Shown here piece by piece: positions 41,500 through 54,654 of a stretch of 64,000 bases of DNA. The stretch comes from Tubiluchus corallicola (lineage: Eukaryota; Animalia; Priapulida). Each line of letters begins with the position of its first letter. Within the stretch, counting starts at the first letter, position 1. The notes beneath the pieces were generated by a model, which saw only the letters and a program-made list of their open reading frames with translations, ran no database searches and was not told the origin of the DNA. Location of the stretch: contig JAQGDQ010000784.1 of NCBI GenBank assembly GCA_030141605.1, positions 1 to 64,000 on the forward strand, read 5' to 3'. The translations under genes were made by a program, and so were the position numbers.

Positions 41500-41715
41500 G
41501 GACATTTTTATTTATCTCCTCATTCACACCATAGTATACAAGGGACCTTGTTTTTCATCTCTGTGTAAAATTCACAACTTAATATTAGGTGTTCTGCAGT
41601 TTCAATATCTTTACCACATTTACAAAGTCTTTTTTCTATGCAGTAACCTACTTTCCAAGCATACAAGGGATTTCCCAATACTTCTAATGCGCCAGCCCTA
41701 GCTTTGACAAGCAAT
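41500..41715 (-). mobile_element. Short LINE tail
   Basis: CKCGKDIETAEHLILSC motif adjoining a (GACATA)n tract. Confidence 0.55.
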
Positions 41716-42869
41716 TCTACACCTCATGTATCATTACCCCGGGTTCACGTTCTTGAGACATTATGACCCCTTGTTGTTGTCTGTATTTTTTTTATCAATG
41801 TTTTACCTCAATAAACTAATATATAAATATGTAATATCCACATTATCTAATGTGTTGAAACTTCATTAACTCTCTGCAGCAGTCCTTGTTATTGTTGTCA
41901 GTGTTGTTGCTGCTGCTGCTGTTGTTGTTGTCAAATGCCAGTAATATCGGGTCAAAAAAGACCCTTGATATTTCTGTTAAGGATTGGCATAGAAACCCAT
42001 TTAATCGTTTAATTCATCTTGTGCAACAACTTCACAAATCCCCAGGGCACAATTCGCTCTCCCAGGAATACCGTGACGTGAATCTATGAAATTCTCGTTA
42101 AAGTCGATGAAGACGAGTGAACGACGACAGTTAAGCACATCGTAACGTCTGTCAATCAACGATTACAACCACCGTAAACGCTCAACCAGCCAGGGTTTAA
42201 CACTTGCCATGAAAAATAGCACTACCAGCAAAGTGCCTGTTACTTTATGTTGAAACAATAAACCGCCAATTAGTCACGGCGTTCGAAGCGCGTTCAGCTC
42301 GTGTTTATTGTCTATGATTCACAACCACCGCGACCCCGCTGGCCTGCAGCTGACGGACGGACAATAAACCCACGAATTCCAGTAGAAAAATCGAAGGCAA
42401 ATTTTCAAATTGAGGGTAGACGACGTGACTCAGTGGCCGATTAACTGGAAAAGTTGTGAATTTCGCCGACCCATCGGAATTGTTCGGTTAGACAATAAAA
42501 AGGTTTTATCTGAGCTATAATTTGCCAATACTCAAGCACGGTTGCATTTAAACTCAAATTCTCAGATTTGACCGCGAGAATGAGTCATACATACGTGTTT
42601 TAGAACAAGACTGGTAAAGAGGCTAGACACCATGGTGCTAGCTGACCCTATACGACATTTTGTCTGCATGCCTTGTCAAGGCTGCATCAGCTGTATCTTT
42701 TATGCGTCTGCAGTCGTCAAGACACGTCTGTGGTACTTTGTGACCTGCATTGGCTGTCCTACATATGAAATGTTGCGTATTTTAATTTGCAAAATTTAAG
42801 GCCGCAATAACACGGGGAATAACATGGGAATAAAAACCCATATTCCATACGTGGCTCATGTGATGTCTG

Positions 42870-43550
42870 CAGTGGCCTAACTGCACATTTTTTCAGTAAC
42901 TTCCCCCAGTCAGTAGCATAACTGCACATAACTGCACCTTTCTCTGGCCTACAGCTAGTAAAATGTGCAATGGCCTAACTGCACAATTTTTCAGTAACTT
43001 CCCCCAGTCAGTAGCATAACTGCACCTTTCTCTGGCCTACAGCTAGTAAAATGTGCAATGGCCTAACTGCACATTTTTTCAGTAACTTCCCCCAGTCAGT
43101 AGCATAACTGCACATAACTTCACCTTTCTCTGGCCTACAGCTAGTAAAATGTGCAGTGGCCTAACTGCGCATTTTTTCAGTAACTTCCCCCAGTCAGTAG
43201 CATAACTCCACGTGGCCTAACTGCGCATTTTTTCAGTAACTTCCCCCAGTCAGTAGCATAACTCCACATAACTGCACCTTTCTCTGGCCTACAGCTAGTA
43301 AAATGTGCAATGGCCTAACTGCACATTTTTTCAGTAACTTCCCCCAGTCAGTAGCATAACTGCACTTAACTGCACCTTTCACTGGCCTACAGCTAGTAAA
43401 ATGTGCAATGGCCTAACTGCACATTTTTTCAGTAACTTCCCCCAGTCAGTAGCATAACTTCACCTTTTTCTGGCCTACAGCTAGTAAAATGTGCAATGGC
43501 CTAACTGCACATTTTTTCAGTAACTTCCCCCAGTCAGTAGCATAACTGCA
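42870..43550. repeat. ~95-105 bp tandem repeat, about 7 copies
   Basis: TGGCCTAACTGCACATTTTTTCAGTAACTTCCCCCAGTCAGTAGCATAAC... recurs. Confidence 0.93.
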
Positions 43551-44429
43551 TCGGGTTTTACTGTGCCTGAGTCTGTCTGTCTGTCTGTCTGTCTGCCTGC
43601 CTGTCTGTCCGTCCGTCCGTTTGTCTGTCTGTTTGTCTACCTGTTTGTCCGTCTGTCTCTCTCTGTCTCTCACTCGTTGTCTCTCTTTTTACTTCCATTT
43701 TTTCTGTCTCTCACTCTCTCTTTCTCGCTCACTCACTCTTTCCTGACCCGTCCCTCTCTTTCCCTCGCCCTTTCTCTCTCTTTACCGTTTCTCCCGCGCA
43801 AAGTAACGTCAAGCTAATTATCGTAATTAGCGGCAATAACGTTAATTACCATCCTTTGAAAGAGGCCGCTGCTTGTGTCACACTTGTTGAGCTTTTGATT
43901 GGGAAGGTCAGTGGCAGGCACACGCCCAGAACAAGGTGACAGGAATTCTCCCATGAGAGCAACATGTAAACAAGTAGGTAATTTACCTGTTGAGAGCGCA
44001 TTTTGAACAGGAACCGCCGACAAAATGTAGCTAATATTTCAAAAAATTAATAGGAAATTTTTCGCTCATTTCAAATGCGCATGCGTATAGATTATGCACG
44101 CGTGGTTAACCCTTAAATGGCCATGGCATTTGGAACGTATTCCTTACGACATTGGTTCAAATCCAACCTTGCTTCTAATTTTTTCACATGCCTCATTTTC
44201 GAAAAAAAATGTTTTAAAGGATTGTAATTTTTGATTTATTCCTTATCTTTACTAATTGTACTGGAAAAATTTCTTACAAGTCTGTTTCACGTTTAACCTT
44301 CCAGATAGAATACTTGTGATTTTATACAAACATGTAGTACAAAAAATAATATAATTTTTTATTTAATAATTGTGGTTTTTGATGAAACGGCGTTAGGTTC
44401 AGTCTGGATTTGACACGAACTCTTTTTCC

Positions 44430-44945
44430 TCTTGTTGTTGTTGTTGTTGTTGTTGTTGTCACAGTTCGTTGTCCTTGTCCTTGTCGTTACCATTGTCGTT
44501 TTTGTTGTTACTGTTGCTGCTGCTGTTGTTGTTGTTGTTGTTGTTGCTGGTGCTGCTGCTGTTGTTGTTGTTGTTGTTGTTGTTGTTGCTGCTGCTGTTG
44601 TTGTTGTTGTTGTTGCTGCTGTTGATGCTGTTGCTGTCGTTGTCGTCATCGTCGTCGCTGTTGTTGTTGTTGTTGTTGTTGTTGTCGTAGTTCGTTGTCC
44701 TTGTCCTTGTCGTTACCATTGTCGTTCTTGTTGTTACTGCCGCTATTGTTGTTGTTGTTGCTGCTGTTGATGCTGTTGCTGTCGTTGTCGTCGTCGTCGT
44801 CGCTGTTGTTGTTGTTGTTGTTGTTGTCGTAGTTCGTTGTCCTTGCCCTTGTCGTTACCATTGTCGTTCTTGTTGTTACTGCCGCTATTGTTGTTGTTGT
44901 TGATGCTGTTGCTGTCGTTTTTGTCGTCGCTGTTGTTGTTATTGT
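44430..44945. repeat. GTT/GCT/GTC microsatellite with higher-order duplication
   Basis: Direct reading. Confidence 0.93.
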
Positions 44946-47361
44946 TCTGTTTTTTAGCTGATGCTGTTGCTTGTTGTTAATGACAAAATGCCACGAGAAT
45001 ACGTGACAACACGTAGATTGTCAAACTTTCTATTGAACAAGCGAGCAGGTTGTAAGATGCTATTTTATTCAGACAAGCTCTGCTGGCAAAGTGAATTCAT
45101 CCACCATAATGAACGAGTCATCGCGAATAACTTGATTACTTCCCGCCAAGGTCGCGTAAGCCGTTTGTTTACAGCATCAGCTATTGTCTGATTGACTTTG
45201 ATAGAAAATGACGACTCTGGCTGTGACAGTGTCATGATTCACCAACACCTATGTCTCAAATGCGTACATCTCTGGAGCGAGTGAGTCATTGTCCACTGTT
45301 GACCAACGGTCAGCCTCCTCATGTTTCACGAGCAGACGTGAAATCATCGATTTTGCCTTCAGAATTCAGATGGCGGCTTGAAGAAAGCTGGAAAGTAACG
45401 CTGAACACATTCCCTGCATAGTTTAACCCACTCAGGTCCAATCAGGGGAACAATGGAGACTCAATAATGCAGCATACCTGAACAGACACCTGTGCACTGT
45501 TACCTGTGCTGCTGATGAAGAGATCAGTAATGTTTCTCTTCACAAAGAAAATAATCAGTTATTTCATTATCATTTGCGACGTTGTAACGCTGTCGTCGTT
45601 ATCGTCGCCGCTACCACCATCATCATAAGCAGCAGCAACAGTCTCGCTTCTGCGTGAACATTCTGTGCCAGTTAGTAGTAATTAGTAGTTTAATAGTTAG
45701 TAGTTTCTTAACATTAGTCCAGCAAACACTTCACAACAAAATAATAATAATAACAATAAATATTCACTCTATATATATCAATAAGTTTATACTATGCAAT
45801 AGTATTCCAGCAAGATTGTCATAGGAAAAAATTATGTATATCTCTAATTATTTTGCACATGTTTCCATAAGGTTTTTATTAACTAACACTGATTGATCAT
45901 CTCTGTAAAGTTTTTATCACTGATTATCAATGTATTTTAATGCCGCATAAAGATATATATATACATATCTTTATACAAAGATAATTTAATCCAAAAAAAG
46001 TTTCTTAGCATTACGTTTGAACGACATAACTTACTTAGCATTACGCATTACGTTTGAACGACTTATATGATTGGAAAAGAAAATTCTTAACTTATATATA
46101 TATAAGTTATATATATTAATTCCTTATTTGTCATTAAAATGGTTTACTCTTTATAATAAAATTGAGTAAGCCTCAGCGCAATGTTAAAATAACAACACTG
46201 TTCAAGACAAATGCGTCCAATGCAGAGAAAAAAACTAAAGTGCAAAACTAAGGTCTAATTATATACAATAAATGAACATATTTACAAACACAATATTAAA
46301 ATATTTTTACAAAACAATATTACAAAAGTACATTAAATTTTACATGACATATTTTACACTATATATACATGTAACATGACACAATTAACAGAAACATGCT
46401 TTACATTACATAAATTTCATTCATTACAAAATCTTAAAACTTACCCACCTGGGAAAACACATAATTGCCCTCAGTGACAAGATAAAGCAACTTATGCTTT
46501 CGCTTAGTTAGTGAGGCGGCCGCTAGGACTATTCTTTCATACTTTACGCAATGTCATCCAAATTTGTTTCAAACGTCTTACCGTCGAAAAGTAAAATTAA
46601 ACAGAAAGTAAAATTTACTAGTTTTATACGGCGTTACTGTTAACGCAAGCTCTGCATGCAATAAGACAGCATGTAGGTGACACAAAATTTCCAACAAAAT
46701 TTTTCTAGTTTTATATAAGGACAACGTTTTCTTGTGCTTTAATAATAACACTAACAAAGGCCCGGCAAAAAATTTTGCGTATAAATACACTAATAATCAA
46801 TAATGCGCGAACATTCTACCTAGTGTTTGTTTGTTTATCTAACGCAAAGCCAGCAGCTGGTGCAGCTTTTACTGAATAATAACATGAAATATTTGAAATA
46901 ACATAAAATAATAATATTTGTCTATAAAAATAACTGTACATGAAGTCTATTACATGTATATATTTTTTGGTTTTTGTGTAGTATTTGACATGTATATTAT
47001 AATATTATTGTTTTGTGCAACTAAAATTGAATTGAATTGAACTGATTGAAGCTGAAAACGAATACTCGAATAAGTGTCTGCCTTCTTTGCAGAAAGGCGG
47101 TAAGTTTAAAACTCACACAGAAAGTGAAAGGTTAAGCCAGTCGTTAGCACACCTTTACCTGCAGAACAATAGAAACGTTGCTACTGTCAATAACCAATAC
47201 CATCAACAAACACATTGCAGATAGGGGAGGATTGTTATCCGATCAACTGTGAGGGCGCACGCATGTCAGGGGTGCTACTTTTTGGGATTAAAACTTTCTG
47301 CGTTTTTATAATTGAAAGTAAATAACTTAAATCACGCTAAAAGAGCATTAATATTCACATC

Positions 47362-47474
<113 letters not shown>

Positions 47475-47539
47475 GTAATAATAATAATAATAATAATTAA
47501 AATTGTCTATAAATATTATGAATTGTGTTATTACGTATA

Positions 47540-48097
47540 TAATGGGTGATATAAAATTCACACGGTGTAAAATACTATTACTCTGACGGCGGAATTTTTT
47601 ACGGGAAAAATCCCAAATTGTGGTTTTGTGATCACCAGACCATAATGTGTAGTATGGGTGATATAAAAATCACACGTTCTAAAATACTATAACTGTGACA
47701 GTGGAATTTTTTACGGGGAAAATCCCAAATTGTGGTTTTGTGATCACCAGACCATAATGTGTAATATGGGTGATATAAAAATCACACGGTGTAAAATACT
47801 ATTACTGTGATAGTGGAATTTTTTACGGGGAAAATCCCAAATTGTGGTTTTGTGATCACCAGACCATAATGTGTAGTATGGGTGATATAAAAATCACACG
47901 TTCTGAAATACTATAACTGTGATAGTGGAATTTTTTACGGGGAAAATCCCAAATTGTGGTTTTGTGATCACAAGACCATAATGTGTAATATGGGTGATAT
48001 AAAAATCACACGGTGTAAAATACTATTACTGTGATAGTGGAATTTTTTACGGGGAAAATCCCAAATTGTGGTTTTGTGATCACCAGACCGTAATGTG
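47540..48097. repeat. 112 bp x5 tandem repeat
   Basis: ATGGGTGATATAAAA at 47542, 47654, 47766 and onward. Confidence 0.95.
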
Positions 48098-48499
48098 TCG
48101 AGCGACGGTTACTTTAAATTGTACAATTACACGTTTTGGAAACCTCGACCTAGATAAACTATCTTTGCTAGATACACTAGTGACCACAGTGAGCGATTAT
48201 AAGAGTAATTTAGAGTAAAAATGATGCCTGTGAATGTGCCATGACCTGCCTCGTAGTCGCTTTGCAGATTCTGCCCTTTTTACAGCCACATAATAATAAT
48301 TCTCAGACAGAAAATTGCCGTGTAATGAAATATTGTATCAGATAAACTAAATAATGACAGACTGGTACGATTCTCATATATGAGCTTCATTCATTACAGC
48401 ATTCCTTTTTAAGCACTAAATGTTTTCTTCATCACACGATTCACTTTAAATTTTCAGATTATTTTCATTACTTTTTTTTCTTTCACGGTGTGGGACAAT

Positions 48500-48890
48500 G
48501 TAACAAGCCCTGCTTTTTGATTGCCCGCAACACATTTACCTTCGTGTATGAGTGAACAGTGTTTGAGGCTTTTTCTGTGCAGTATTTCTTATTTGTATTA
48601 TGTTCATTGTAGGCAACGACAATCTAACAATTATTGACAATCTAACAAACCCTGCTTTTTGATTGCCCGCAACACATTTACCTTCGTATATAAGTGAACA
48701 GTGTTTGAGGCTTTTCCTGTGCAGTATTTCTTATTTGTATTACGGTCATTGTAGGCAATGACAATCTAACAATTATTGACAACCTAACAAGCCCAACACA
48801 TTTACATTTCTATATAGGTAAACAGTGTTTTGAGGCTTTTCTTGTGCAGAAACAATAAAAACTTATTTGTATTATGTTCATTGTAGGCCC
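48500..48890. repeat. ~140 bp x3 tandem repeat
   Basis: CAACACATTTAC...AACAGTGTTTGAGGCTTTT recurs. Confidence 0.85.
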
Positions 48891-49309
48891 TTTCACTAGA
48901 TATTGTACATGAAACTATTTTAAATGTGTAATGTGAAATAAACGACTAATGACTTACTGTAGGTACGCAGTTCTAACTGTTTATTCACCAAAGTGCAAAC
49001 GATTTCGGTCAAAATGCCGTCATTAGAAACTAATTTTTCAACTCAGAAGAATTTTTTAAGTAATTTAAAAATAACTTCCAAAAATTTGGGCCAACTTGCT
49101 AAAACGTCGCTTAGTCAGTTTTCCACATGACTGTGCATGCGAACACAAACCGACGCATGGATCCGCCACCTGTTGGTATGTGGTTCAATCTTGAGGATTG
49201 TAAGAATGTTTTCCCTAAAGGCCTGAATCTTTCCGGTGACCGTTAGAACACGTTGAGACTTGTTTCTTCAAGAATTTACGATCACAAGAAATTTTAGCAT
49301 CGTCTAAAT

Positions 49310-49792
49310 CAGGGGTGTGCAAATTATCTGAGTAGCCGGGCCACATTAAACTTTCCCGCAATTCCTGCAGGCCACAGGCAGTTTGATCAAGGAGCCAAGT
49401 ACAGAAAGGCCTAATAACGATTTTTTTGCATCCGACTTGCGTACATCATTACTACTACTCTCAAGAAACTATTTCAGAAGTTATTAAAATTTATATTACA
49501 AACCATATATTTCTACTTTCGGGACAGATAGTGGTAATTTCATTACAATGCATACTAGTAATGTGTATCACACAGTCTGTGTAGTACAGTGACAGTAAGC
49601 TACAACCGTCTTGTAAGGGTTAATGGCATCCGATCTAGTAGAAAAAAACTACCCGCACTATCTTTAGGATCGTGGCACGGACTTCAGCTGGATACACTCA
49701 ATTAATCGCCCGGGCCGCACTTTCATTAGGTTGATAAATCTCTTCGCAGGCCACACAAATTCTCTTGGCGGGCCGCAATTTGCACACCCCGG
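49310..49792 (-). mobile_element. hAT MITE family A, copy 5 (inverted)
   Basis: TIRs and 8-bp TSD GTCTAAAT. Confidence 0.95.
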
Positions 49793-50070
49793 GTCTAAAT
49801 AGTCTTTACAAATTTCATTCTAGCTAGAGGACCTTTATCAAAATAATTAAATAAATTAAAATAATTAGAAGTTAAGGATAAGATAAAGAATTTATCTGGA
49901 ACCGCGGCTCATAGTAATAATAATAATAATAACAATAATAATAATAATAAGAAGAAGAAGAAGAAGAAGAAGAATATAATCATAATACTAATAATAATAT
50001 TAATAATAATAATAATAATAATAATAACAACAACAACAACAACAACAACAACAGCAACAACAACAACAAC

Positions 50071-50101
<31 letters not shown>

Positions 50102-50539
50102 TTATTTGGAAGTGTAAATACAAATACAATATGAAGAAACACTGGGAAAAAATGGATATTAATAATAATGATTATATGACAGCCTGCATATAATAAATGG
50201 CAAGAACCAGAAGTAAAACTTGTTAGGTGCTTGCACCATTATAAACACGTCCAAATAATGAGAAACAAGAACAAAAAAAATCAAAAGGGTTTTTAGGCAA
50301 TTTAAAAAAAAAGACTTGTGCAAAGTAAGGATAGAAGTGATGGATAAAAGAATGTTTAAAACGGTAGGAAGAGTGGCTTGTGGAGATTGGGCTCATGAGA
50401 TGACGCAGCACTCTGGATTCTACTCAAAAAGAAGAAAAAAGCAGTAACAAGTAAGACAGAGAAAAAAGAGTTATTAATATTCACAGCAAGTCAAGAAAGT
50501 GCAAATGCTTAAATTTAATTTAATTAAGTTTAGCTCGAA

Positions 50540-51100
50540 AAGTAATAGTTTCAATTTAAGATATCCGCTGCGTTATCTAAAGTAATAGTTTCAATTTAAG
50601 ATATCCGCTGCGTTATCTAAAGTAATAGTTTCAATTTAAGATATCCGCTGTGTTATCTAAAGTAATAGTTTCAATTTAAGATATCCGCTGCGTTATCTAA
50701 AGTAATAGTTTCAATTTAAGATATCCGCTGCGTTATCTAAAGTAATAGTTTCAATTTAAGATATCCGCTGCGTTATCTAAAGTAATAGTTTCAATTTAAG
50801 ATATCCGCTGTGTTATCTAAAGTAATAGTTTCAATTTAAGATATCCGCTGTGTTATCTAAAGTAATAGTTTCAATTTAAGATATCCGCTGCGTTATCTAA
50901 AGTAATAGTTTCAATTTAAGATATCCGCTGTGTTATCTAAAGTAATAGTTTCAATTTAAGATATCCGCTGTGTTATCTAAAGTAATAGTTTCAATTTAAG
51001 ATATCCGCTGTGTTATCTAAAGTAATAGTTTCAATTTAAGATACCGCTGTGTTATCTAAAGTAATAGTTTCAATTTAAGATATCCGCTGTGTTATCTAAA
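50540..51100. repeat. 40 bp x14 minisatellite
   Basis: AAGTAATAGTTTCAATTTAAGATATCCGCTGYGTTATCTA. Confidence 0.97.
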
Positions 51101-51239
51101 AGTTCTGGTTGTAAATGATGTTTCATAACTTCTGCTTACGTTCGCCTAATACGCCCATTTTGTGATATCTATCGCTAATCGGTTAATCTTGTGATTTGCA
51201 AACATCAACAGCGCAATAATTTCATTATTATGCTAATTA

Positions 51240-51672
51240 GCTCTCGTGACGTACGTCACTCCGTTTCATCAAAATCATTTCCACCACTGGTCAGCCTACT
51301 GTGTTACAGTCTCAGCGAATGACGTCTAATTTTAGCGCATTGCATCACATTCTCACACGTCGCGTCACAATGCATGAGAACTCTCGGTTAACCGCAGCGC
51401 CACCTGGGATTGGCCGACGGAGGTTTCTAAACTTCTTGCGAAACACGCAGCGGCAAAATTATGAATGAAGCGTTGAACTATGCCCATTGCGGGGCGCTCA
51501 CTCTAGCGTATTGGCGCGCTTGATGAAGAGCATGTGTGGTGGTTTGTGTACCCGGAATTGTGGAACATCCACAATCTCATTATGACGTCATCACGGGGGG
51601 GAACTTTCTTGTGAGAAACTGAAAAACGCCGCGGTATATAAGAGGAGGTTTGAGGAAAGGTAAGTCAGTCGT
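51240..51672 (+). promoter_or_regulatory. Promoter of the cytokine-like gene: TATA box, Inr, CRE and kB-like sites
   Basis: TATATAAG at 51635-51642; TCAGTC initiator with A at 51667 (canonical ~30 nt spacing); TGACGTCA at 51583-51590; GGGGAACTTTC at ~51598-51608; further TGACGT motifs at ~51247 and ~51320. Confidence 0.75.
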
Positions 51673-51879
51673 GATATAGGTATTACTAAATGAACAGTTG
51701 AAAATCAGAAATACATACAGAGTGAGGAGGTTACATTGCGCACGTGTTTCAATTCTACAACTGTTTCTCACGCACTCGATGCTTCAAGAACTTTGGATAA
51801 AAATCATTTCACGTAGTTGAATTTGTGCACTGGGAGTGTTGGCAACTTACTAACTCATCCACTGTTGTTTTATTATACA

Positions 51880-51931
51880 ATGGAATATTCACATAAGTGT
51901 ATCAGGCGATTTGCAAAGGATTTAGTTCACG
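51880..51931 (+). CDS. Secreted helical cytokine-like (Unpaired/IL-6-like) gene, coding exon 1
   Basis: ATG in ACAATGG context; MEYSHKCIRRFAKDLVH + G; donor GTAAGA; phase 1 matches exon 2; lies downstream of TATA/Inr. Confidence 0.75.
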
Positions 51932-52574
51932 GTAAGAAAATTTCGAAAGTAACATGCACTTTTTGGAGGCTGCAAAATTGATAAATTTTTGATGTAATTT
52001 GTTGCATAAATTTCCAGAAGTTAGCGTTCAGCGCGTGACATAGTTTATTAGACAGATTGAACGAGAGCGCAAACATCCAATGATGGGCATCGCTTCTAAT
52101 TTACACGCACACTGCAAATCAGCTGATCAGAAGGGTGCGCCATCTATAAAGCACTAAAAGCTTCTCAAAAACTAAAAATTGGTTCTTTTAAAAGTGAAAA
52201 TATCAAAGGTTTCTTGTCTTGGCTTCTAATTTCTGGTTGTTTTCATTTTTAATGCAAAGCAAACGAACGTTGAGCGACAACCTCTTGTTTAGTTTTGCCC
52301 CTTTTATGGCTTCATGTTCAGCAAGAGCTGCAATGCTGAACGACGGGTTTCATTGCATAACCTTCAACTAGGAACGATCGTTTCAGCTTTGTTAAGTGCA
52401 TTCGGTTGCAGATTTTGTGCTGAGCAAATCAGCTGTGTTTTTGCTTGAAATTCAGAGATTTTACACTGGAATTTTAGAGCAAAGTTTTTGGTCGTGAAAT
52501 CTTGTTTGTTGCATAATTAGAGCTATATGATAGCTAGGTATGTATGTAGATGTTAGATTTTATAAGTCTTGTAG

Positions 52575-53090
52575 CATCATCCATACCTGATTTTCGTTTT
52601 AAAATTGGATACATACACGAAAATGCCTGTATATGCTCAGAGGAAGCACAAACAGTTGAACATTTGCTTTTTAATTGTACTTTGGTCGACGAAAATAAAA
52701 GATTAGCGCTCGCAAATAGCCTACAATTTCAAAACATTAGTAAAATTTATACCTCTCGAGACAAAAACCTGCTAGTTGCTTTCTCTGAGTTTGTGATTCG
52801 TTTTTACAAACCTTAGTATAAAATATTGAACTTTTATATTATATCTGTCACTTTTATATTATACAGGTCGCTTTGTGTAAATTTGTGTAAATTGGTACTA
52901 TTTGATTTTAGTTCTTCTTTTATTGGTATATTGATTTGTTGGTATTTAATAGTCTTGCGAATATAACAGCTATTTTATTTACAAAGTTTTTTTAACCATA
53001 CCCTGCAAATAGAGGGTCCCTGTATGTATTTTATGTAAATATTTTAATACGTGTATAATTTTAAATAAAGAATTATAATAATAATAATAA
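52575..53090 (+). mobile_element. LINE 3' fragment in intron 1 of the cytokine-like gene
   Basis: CICSEEAQTVEHLLFNC motif, AATAAA and (TAA)n tail. Confidence 0.6.
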
Positions 53091-53696
53091 TCCATAACTG
53101 TGCGGAGGTAACGGTAATGCATGTAATAAGGAATTTTAAAAAGAGATAGCTGTAAAAGCTATACATTTACATACTTGACTTTAAATGAAAAACTAAGTCT
53201 ATACGATTTTTTACATACGTGTACACATTTAAGAGTTATAATTATTAACTATTATATTAGTTTTAGTAGCTAGTATATAACTATAATATAATATAATCTG
53301 TATAATATAATTATCCGTCATATTACCTGTATTTCTGCATCAAAATTTTTGATTATCGTTAATTCAGCTGAAACTGCGTTAGCTTTGAAACACTTTTATA
53401 CTTTGAAACACTTTTATACTTTGAAAGAGATATAATACCCAGTGAAAGTTTTTTCAATAATATTCTTTCAATTGCTGGTCTCGAATTGATGTAAGGAGGT
53501 TTATAACTTTGCTAAAAAATGCCGTTTAAGATGGATTGGGCATATGCTTAGACTACCTGATGATTTTCCAGTGAAGATAGCTCTTCAACAAGCCATAGAA
53601 CCAGCCAAAAACCTGCAGGAGGACAAATGTTAACATATTTAGATTTTGCACAGAAAGATTTAAACACTTCAGCATTGAACCTTAGAGATAAATTCG

Positions 53697-53740
53697 CTAG
53701 GGAGGTGAACAGAATCATGTCACTGGACGTGTGATTCATG

Positions 53741-53794
<54 letters not shown>

Positions 53795-53862
53795 CGAACT
53801 GGCATAGGGAGGTGAACAGAATCATGTCCCTGGACGTATGATTTATGGGATGATGTTGTTGT

Positions 53863-53930
<68 letters not shown>

Positions 53931-54072
53931 TGGCATAGGGAGGTGAGCAGAATCATGTCCCTGGACGTATGATTCATGGGATGATGTGGATGATGATGAT
54001 GATGATGATGATCTGGCATAGTGAGGTGAACAGAATCATGTCCCCGGACGTGTGATTCATTGGCTGATGATG
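53697..54072. repeat. 4 units of a constant ~50 bp block plus variable (GAT)n
   Basis: GGAGGTGAACAGAATCATGTCCCTGGACGT..GATTCATGG followed by (GAT)n of different lengths. Confidence 0.9.
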
Positions 54073-54654
54073 AACTTTGCTAGTTTGCTTCTATAGATTT
54101 TTTAACAAAATTGCAAATGTTGTGTAGCTTGTTGCTAAAAGCTTGCCACTACGTCACGACGTGAACGTCAAGAAAAACTAGAAAGTTTCCGTTTTGATTT
54201 TTGCCATTCAGAATCGAGAAACTAATTCATTTTTCCGGGCAATATGTTCAGCATTCACATAAAATGCAATTTGTGTTTACTCAAGAATGCTATGTGAATT
54301 ATATCCAGGAAGTTAACTAGTCTTTGAAAGGGAAACACTAGTTGATAGTTTTAAACAAATCAAGAACGACAAACTTACTTTTCGTTTACTCTTTTTTGTT
54401 GTTTATCTGTTTGTTTGTTTGTTTGTTTGTTTAGTAAACGACCGCCGAAGCCGCAGCTGCAATTACGAAGTCCTGATTAAAATAAACTGTTTGTTCACTT
54501 TGCATCTGATTTCATGTTACGACACGTTTGTTTGGTATTGCACAATCAGAAAGTGTTTGCAGTATACTTTAGTACACGCATAAGTTTTATACTGTAGTTT
54601 TATTGTGATTATCTGCATCAAAGAGGCTCACGTTGCTTCAACTTTGTTTTACAG

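Noticed and set aside
48978-49030. Penelope-type minimal hammerhead on the minus strand (CTAATGA...GAAA)
   Set aside because: Catalytic core deviates from CUGANGA and the stems are poor; at most a dead remnant
51655-51666. Perfect donor AAG|GTAAGT next to the Inr
   Set aside because: Falls upstream of the TATA-defined TSS, so it would only matter for an upstream start for which there is no evidence
53697-54072. Repeat-spacer arrangement resembling CRISPR, and poly-His ORFs
   Set aside because: The spacers are only (GAT)n of variable length; this is a tandem duplication containing a microsatellite
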